DNA of 64,000 nt from an uncultured Chitinophaga sp. GTDB taxonomy: Bacteria > Bacteroidota > Bacteroidia > Chitinophagales > LD1. The position numbers and the translations under genes are program-made. Below the pieces are notes generated by a model. It did not search any database and was not told the origin of the DNA. It was given only the letters and a program-made list of their open reading frames with translations. Below, piece by piece: positions 58,896 to 64,000 of the stretch. The DNA lies in the NCBI GenBank assembly GCA_964631835.1, contig CAZWAD010000001.1, positions 180,063 through 244,062 on the forward strand, in the 5' to 3' direction. Every line of letters begins with the position of its first letter. The stretch's first letter is position 1.

Positions 58896-59021
58896 CCGGT
58901 TAATAAGCTGTTGGTCATAAATGCTATTACCGGTGTAATAAATGCGAAACCGGGTTTGATAAATGCTAAGCCCGGTGCGATAACTGCTAATCGGATGGCG
59001 ATAGATGCGAAGGCAGTGCCG
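58896..59021. repeat. Tandem array D: 6 units of exactly 21 bp
   Basis: ATAAATGC (or a variant) recurs at 58917, 58938, 58959, 58980 and 59001, with a degenerate unit at 58896. Consensus by eye is ATAAATGCnAAnCCGGTGnn. Confidence 0.9.
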
Positions 59022-59023
59022 GC

Positions 59024-59614
59024 TTACATCAGCAGCCAGCCCGCAAGCAAAAGCCAGGGAAGAAGGGTGAAAACAAAACCATACAGCAGCGCGAAAGCCG
59101 ACCAGCCTGTAAAAGCAAGTACCTCGCCATACGTGGGTTTTAAAACCATGGGCTTATTGAGCAGCAGTAACGACTGAACCTGGCTGATACTCATAGGAAG
59201 AAGCTGTTCTTTAGATAAAGAATTGCGGTAAAGATTTTTTGTGCGCCTGCCGCGGATAAAAGCCCTGAACGTGCGAACCGGATAAAAGCACAAGCCCATG
59301 GCAAGCCCGAACAGGTCAAGTATCCATGCCGCACTGTAAGAGCCGCAGCCGGTGCTTATTTCCCAGGCAGATATTTCGGCTTCTCCTTTCCAGTCGCTGC
59401 TGTATCCGGTTACAATGTGGTGGATATCGTGGTAGATGAGAGCTTTTTTACGCGAGGAGGTATTGGGAAAAGGAATCCGGAACCACTTCATATCCAGGTA
59501 CGCCCAGTTTGAATTCAGCCCGCCTTCTTCTCCCAGGTTGTATTGTTTGAAAAAAGAGTCGAGCGCTTCGCGAAGGGTAAGGCTAAGGGGATAAGCGATA
59601 TTCATCAGCCGCAA
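59024..59614 (-). CDS. Hypothetical protein with an HDxxH motif and a hydrophobic C-terminus (Coq4-like, tentative)
   Basis: 196 aa. YHDIHHIVTGYSSDWKGEAE resembles the HDxxH...E metal-binding motif of the Coq4 family. Confidence 0.5.
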   Translation of the reverse strand: MRLMNIAYPLSLTLREALDSFFKQYNLGEEGGLNSNWAYLDMKWFRIPFPNTSSRKKALIYHDIHHIVTGYSSDWKGEAEISAWEISTGCGSYSAAWILDLFGLAMGLCFYPVRTFRAFIRGRRTKNLYRNSLSKEQLLPMSISQVQSLLLLNKPMVLKPTYGEVLAFTGWSAFALLYGFVFTLLPWLLLAGWLLM

Positions 59615-59635
59615 AGATATGCAGCAAAAGCCGGA

Positions 59636-61579
59636 TTAATGCTTCGCCAGTTTGCGCACAGCCGCCACCGAGCCGTTCAGTTTTAATTCCACCAGGTATA
59701 TTCCTTCCGCCAGCGAACCGGTATCTAACCGGTAGGAGTACGAACCGGCAGGCAGCTTAGCCGCAGGGAACCGGTAAACCGTTTCGCCAAGTATATTGCG
59801 TACCGTAATTTCGGTATTCGCATTTTTTGCCGTTGTGAACCGTATTTCAGAACCGGTGGAAGCAGGATTGGGATACAAATACATTTGCGAAACATCATTT
59901 GAAACGGGCTTATAACCCATGGCTAAAAATGCTGCGTAAAGTTCCTGCGAGGTGATGCACACCGTATCGGTGCAGTGCATGGAGTCGTTCGACACAATAA
60001 AGCACACGTTGTAATTGCTGTTGGAATCAACCGGAAAAGAAGGGTTGGTGTTCAGCGAATCAACGGTTCCGCCAATCACCCAAACCCCACCGGTAAACGA
60101 ACCGCCCGATGAGTCGGGCGAAACCACCACCACGCCCGATGAATCAATGGTGTAGCTGAATCCGGCATAGCAGCCGTAAACCATACCGCCTACGTACACC
60201 GAATCGCAAAAAGTATTGGTGCATTGGAGCACCGTATCGGTAACCGTTAAGCAAACCAGGTAAGAATGAATGGAGGTATCGGCATAAGTATGTACCGGAA
60301 AATCATCGGTGGAAGTGGTTCCATCGCCAAAATTCCACAATAAACTTTCGTAACCGGTAGAGGGATTGGGAAACCAGATGTATGCGCGCTGAAAGTTAAC
60401 CGTGTATCCGGTGCCACCGAGCCAGTAATAGAAGTGAGCATCGCAGGAATCGAAGCGGAAACATTCGCCCGGCACCCAGGAGGTTACTCCGGCAATAAAG
60501 GCATCGCAGTCGTTGCCATAGGTTACACCGTTGCAGCCGCATACCGGCAGGTAAATGTCGGGACATGCGCAGGTGTCGCAGATTTGCGAGGAGTCAACAC
60601 ACGAGTTATTGTCAATAGCCGGAACCAGAATTTGAAAGCAGGAAAAATCGGCACCTGTTCCCTGCATGCAAAACGATACGCAGCTTCCGGGGGTGTAATC
60701 GTAAGTTACGGTATCGCCCAGGTGTAATATGGCACCGGTGGGCAGGCTGCAGGGCATCAGCAGGGTGCTTGTGCTTAAATCGGCAATTAATAAACACTCC
60801 ACACCCTGAACCACCACACCGGTATCGGTGCAGGTAGTTCCGCCTTGTCCGCATGCGCCCTGGCTCCAGCTTGTAACACCGGAGTTGTAAGCAAAGCAGG
60901 AGTTGCCGTAAGTAATTCCATCGCAGCCGCAAACCGGGTCGTAAATGAGTATGCACGGACAGGTATCGCATATTTGTGATGAATCAATGCAATTGGCAGA
61001 TGAGGAGTAGTTGAGTTGTAAATGGTCAACCCAAAACTCGGTTGGTGCGGCTATAATGCCGCATCCGCCAAAGTTCTTACCGCCCCAAATGGTTATGCGG
61101 CACGAATCGAATGCAGCAGCGTTTTGCGAAATGGGAATGACAAGTTGTGAATAGCTGAAGCTGGTAGCCAGGCTTTCCCAGTAACCGTTATCAACTACTG
61201 TACCGTTGTTCAGTAATTCAACCGAAACAGAAACAGTATCTTTTTCAGGAAATCCCGGATTATTTACGCAAGGGGCAAAGCTTGTTTTGTAATAGAGGGA
61301 GAGGCTTTGAGGATGGTAAGAAACCGGGAAAGTGGTTTTAGCATACGCCTTAAACATTCCGTTGGCATAAAAGTTAGCCGCCCAGCTGCCCGAATAACTG
61401 TCGGCATCCTGCCTAACAATGTATGGCTCCCAGGGCGGAAGGGTCAACGGGTAGCTGTTGGTTTGCCAGTCAATCAAATTCGGGGCATTAGTCCAGTTCT
61501 CCATTCCCGCGTTCGGAATCTGGGCGGACAAAAAAATTATGGGGAAGAAAAGAGCAGAAAGAAGTAAATGTCTTTTCAT
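59636..61579 (-). CDS. Secreted protein with two Kazal-type inhibitor-like domains, a PKD-like domain and a T9SS CTD
   Basis: 647 aa with a signal peptide. CPCILIYDPVCGCDGITYGNSCFAYNSG and CACPDIYLPVCGCNGVTYGNDCDAFIAG. WNFGDGTTSTDDFPVHTY. C-terminal YPNPASTGSEIRF...GIYLVELKLNG. Confidence 0.85.
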   Translation of the reverse strand: MKRHLLLSALFFPIIFLSAQIPNAGMENWTNAPNLIDWQTNSYPLTLPPWEPYIVRQDADSYSGSWAANFYANGMFKAYAKTTFPVSYHPQSLSLYYKTSFAPCVNNPGFPEKDTVSVSVELLNNGTVVDNGYWESLATSFSYSQLVIPISQNAAAFDSCRITIWGGKNFGGCGIIAAPTEFWVDHLQLNYSSSANCIDSSQICDTCPCILIYDPVCGCDGITYGNSCFAYNSGVTSWSQGACGQGGTTCTDTGVVVQGVECLLIADLSTSTLLMPCSLPTGAILHLGDTVTYDYTPGSCVSFCMQGTGADFSCFQILVPAIDNNSCVDSSQICDTCACPDIYLPVCGCNGVTYGNDCDAFIAGVTSWVPGECFRFDSCDAHFYYWLGGTGYTVNFQRAYIWFPNPSTGYESLLWNFGDGTTSTDDFPVHTYADTSIHSYLVCLTVTDTVLQCTNTFCDSVYVGGMVYGCYAGFSYTIDSSGVVVVSPDSSGGSFTGGVWVIGGTVDSLNTNPSFPVDSNSNYNVCFIVSNDSMHCTDTVCITSQELYAAFLAMGYKPVSNDVSQMYLYPNPASTGSEIRFTTAKNANTEITVRNILGETVYRFPAAKLPAGSYSYRLDTGSLAEGIYLVELKLNGSVAAVRKLAKH

Positions 61580-61710
61580 AAAATGAACGTTTTAGGCAAA
61601 GTTATAACTGTATTTATAAAACGTGAAAAATAATAGAAGCGTTGCCTGTGTGACTTATTTGAGCCGAAGAAATACTTTCGCTGCTTCATCGAAAAAACCT
61701 TACAGGCGAT

Positions 61711-62394
61711 ATGGGAAAGGCGAAAATGTTTAAGCTCAGGAGCATTGATGCGTTTCCGAATGTTTTTCAGAACCGGCACTTCACCAACCCCCGATTAGTA
61801 AACTCAAAAGGCGAGGAACTAACGCTTAAAGGCAAATGGAAAAGCGAAGTGTTTGGCAATAATCATCCGCTGGTGCTTGAACTTGCCTGCGGCAAAGGCG
61901 ATTATGCGATAGCACTGGCGCGAAAATACCGGGATAAGAATTTTATAGGCATTGATTCCAAAGGAGCGAGAATTTTTACCGGTGCAAAAAGAGGCATGGA
62001 AGAGAATCTGAGCAACCTGGCTTTCGCGCGAATGAAGATTGAGAACATCACCGGCTTTTTCGATGAAGGAGAAGCGGACGAAGTATGGATTACTTTCCCC
62101 GACCCCTTCCCGCGAAAACGCGATGCAAAAAAGCGGCTTACCGCTGAAAATTTTTTAGCCCGTTACAAAAAGATATGTAAGCCGGGTGCCGTTGTTCATT
62201 TCAAGACTGATGATTTATCCCTGTTCCGGTTCACTAAACAAAGTGCGGAGCAAGCCGGATTAAAGATTCTGTATTACAAAGAAGATATTTATGCCTCGCC
62301 ACTTGAATTGGAAGAGCTAGATATTCAAACCTTTTATGAAAAACAACATCTTGCCGAAGGGAAAACTATCAACTACCTTCGGTTTCAGCTATGA
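61711..62394 (+). CDS. trmB: tRNA (guanine46-N7)-methyltransferase
   Basis: 227 aa. LELACGKGDY, ITFPDPFPRKR and HFKTD are typical TrmB motifs. Confidence 0.9.
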   Translation: MGKAKMFKLRSIDAFPNVFQNRHFTNPRLVNSKGEELTLKGKWKSEVFGNNHPLVLELACGKGDYAIALARKYRDKNFIGIDSKGARIFTGAKRGMEENLSNLAFARMKIENITGFFDEGEADEVWITFPDPFPRKRDAKKRLTAENFLARYKKICKPGAVVHFKTDDLSLFRFTKQSAEQAGLKILYYKEDIYASPLELEELDIQTFYEKQHLAEGKTINYLRFQL

Positions 62395-62780
62395 AAAAGA
62401 AGAAAGTAAAAAGCGGGGTTAAAAAGCAAAAAACTCAGGCTCGCGACAATCAAAGGCAGTACACGTTTTTCGAGAATGTGTATGATGTGGCCCGCCTGAT
62501 TCCCCGGGGAAGGGTAACCAGCTACGGGGCTATTGCGAAATACCTGGGCAGCGGTCAATCCGCCCGCATGGTGGGCTATGCCATGAACTTATCAGGCGTT
62601 CAAATACCCCCGGTTCCTGCACACCGGGTGTTAAACAGAAACGGTATGCTTACGGGCAAACACCATTTCGGCTCGCCCGATTTTATGCAAAAACTGCTGG
62701 AAAAGGAGGGGGTTAAAGTAGTTAAGGACCAGGTTGTTGATTTTGAGAGACTGTTTTGGGACCCGGGCAGGGAACTTTAA
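62391..62780 (+). CDS. Alkyltransferase-like (ATL) protein: MGMT-family DNA-binding domain without the catalytic Cys
   Basis: 129 aa. IPRGRVTSYGAIA, and PAHRV in place of the PCHRV active site. It has an ATGA overlap with trmB. Confidence 0.85.
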   Translation: MKKKKVKSGVKKQKTQARDNQRQYTFFENVYDVARLIPRGRVTSYGAIAKYLGSGQSARMVGYAMNLSGVQIPPVPAHRVLNRNGMLTGKHHFGSPDFMQKLLEKEGVKVVKDQVVDFERLFWDPGREL

Positions 62781-62858
62781 CCTAATAAACTTGTAACCAA
62801 AATTTAGCAGTGATATGAGGAAGTAATATTATCTTCGTGTCCCTTTTCCAGAGGAGAG

Positions 62859-63068
62859 ATGATACCGATTACGCGATGGCGCATAGCAATTCTTATTGTT
62901 TTTGTTTTGGTCGCAGCCATGGCTCATGCGCAATTGGGTCCGCCACCACCGCCACCACCACCGCCACCCCCAGATGATGGCGTACCTTTGGGTGGCGAAG
63001 TGTTTTTATTACTCGGTGCGGGAGCAACTTATGCAATCAAAAAATTCAGAGATAAGACCCAGCGTTGA
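62859..63068 (+). CDS. Mini-protein: signal peptide, an 11-residue proline run, and a sorting-like tail
   Basis: 69 aa: MIPITRWRIAILIVFVLVAAMAHA-QLG-PPPPPPPPPPP-DDGVPLGG-EVFLLLGAGATYAI-KKFRDKTQR. Confidence 0.5.
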   Translation: MIPITRWRIAILIVFVLVAAMAHAQLGPPPPPPPPPPPDDGVPLGGEVFLLLGAGATYAIKKFRDKTQR

Positions 63069-63200
63069 TCAGATGTGCATAAAGACTAAAAATAACGAAA
63101 AAATAACCCCTTAAAATTGGCTTTACTGGGCATACAGGTTTATTTTTGTGCCGAGCTGGAGACACCGTGCATTTTGAGATAATTCAGATGTTAATGATTG

Positions 63201-64000
63201 ATGCATAAAAAACTACGATTCTCACTTTTTATTTTTGGAGTTCTTATTTCTCTTCAAGGGCAGAGTCAGAATATTATTTGGGATTTCGGCTCTTCAACAT
63301 CCTCGGCTAATCCTTCTACCAATACAACAAGCAATCTTACTGTTTCAGCTTTATCAATAGGCAATACAAATGGAACAGTTACAATGCTGTCTACAACTTC
63401 GGCTTCTTCTGGCTACACTGGTTCTTCTGGAAATTTTAACGCAGGTAATGCAGCGCGAACGGGTTCGTTAGTTACCGGTTCGAGCGGAAGCGCATACTTT
63501 GAATTTACATTAACCCCTTCAGCAAGCTATACCGTTACTCTATCTGCTATTAGTTTTGGAACCAGGTCTACATCTACTGCTCCGGTGGCTTATACCTTAC
63601 GCTCAAGTTCTGACAGCTATGGTTCGGATATTGCGACCGGTTCAATTACAGCCAATTCCTCCTGGGCATTAAAATCAAATACAGGTTTATCCAGTGCAAG
63701 TGGTTCCGGTACAGCAATCACTTACAGGTTGTATGGATATAACGGCACGGGCTCACCTGGCGCAAATACAATAAACTGGCGAATTGATGATTTGGCTTTA
63801 ACGGTATCGGTAGTAGCCGCAGGCGGCCCTGAAATAGCCGTAAGCGGAAACAGTACAGTAATTGCCGATGGGGATAACACACCTTCAACAAGCGACCACA
63901 CCTCATTTGGAAATGTAGAAACCGGAACATCTTTCAACCGTACGTATTCTATATCTAACTCCGGAACAGCAACCTTGAATCTTACAGGTGTGCCGATTGT
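63201..64000 (+). CDS. 5' part of a secreted Ser/Thr/Gly-rich surface protein; the gene runs off the window end
   Basis: ATG at 63201 with the signal peptide MHKKLRFSLFIFGVLISLQGQS. I translated the frame by hand to position 64000 without meeting a stop. It is absent from the ORF track because no stop lies in the window. Confidence 0.6.
   Translation, partial: MHKKLRFSLFIFGVLISLQGQSQNIIWDFGSSTSSANPSTNTTSNLTVSALSIGNTNGTVTMLSTTSASSGYTGSSGNFNAGNAARTGSLVTGSSGSAYFEFTLTPSASYTVTLSAISFGTRSTSTAPVAYTLRSSSDSYGSDIATGSITANSSWALKSNTGLSSASGSGTAITYRLYGYNGTGSPGANTINWRIDDLALTVSVVAAGGPEIAVSGNSTVIADGDNTPSTSDHTSFGNVETGTSFNRTYSISNSGTATLNLTGVPI

Noticed and set aside
58911-59177. 88-aa ORF across array D
   Set aside because: TTG start and a repeat-derived N-terminus. 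Its 3' part is antisense to the end of CDS 59024..59614.
1-64000. Defence islands, DGR or retron elements, prophage, integrative elements
   Set aside because: I looked for a reverse transcriptase, integrase/recombinase, transposase, cas, restriction-modification or phage structural genes among all ORFs of at least 60 aa and found none. The only classic accessory module is the RelE-type TA pair.

Overview
This 64-kb chromosomal segment looks like a Bacteroidota genome. The evidence is several proteins ending in T9SS/Por-type C-terminal sorting domains, a gldA-gldF-gldG cluster, a MoxR-DUF58-BatA operon, rpoN, and a TAnnTTTG-type promoter box. I call about 57 CDS, with housekeeping anchors recA, asnS, rpoN, glyQS, recX, xth, rimP-nusA-infB and trmB. 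I also call one tRNA-Asn(GUU), one multiply frameshifted pseudogene and a RelE-type toxin-antitoxin pair. I saw no rRNA, CRISPR/cas, transposase, integrase, reverse transcriptase or phage genes. The unusual content is non-coding architecture. (i) Four intergenic tandem arrays have a period of exactly 21 bp or 42 bp: A 5813-6043, B 30329-30605, C 39215-39385, D 58896-59021. B and C are homologous to each other, including a shared 5' flank motif. (ii) Five GTTGC-NN-GCAAC dyads sit mirror-symmetrically at centre spacings of 21/105/105/21 bp upstream of CDS 21065. (iii) Array A and the dyad set each precede a hypothetical gene, and the two genes may be paralogues. Every spacing is a multiple of 21 bp, which equals two helical turns and also seven codons. 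The arrays could therefore be helically phased protein-binding sites or decayed or unannotated heptad-repeat coding; sequence alone does not decide. Secondary observations are listed in the findings: a T9SS-cargo pseudogene broken at three homopolymer runs, a G11 tract, a 7-nt microsatellite inside a CTD, a REP-like palindromic element in two copies, a low-GC gene, a poly-proline mini-protein that is little more than a signal peptide plus a sorting-like tail, and an alkyltransferase-like (PAHRV) protein coupled to trmB. All functional calls come from motif recognition by eye on the supplied translations. No database search or computation was run.
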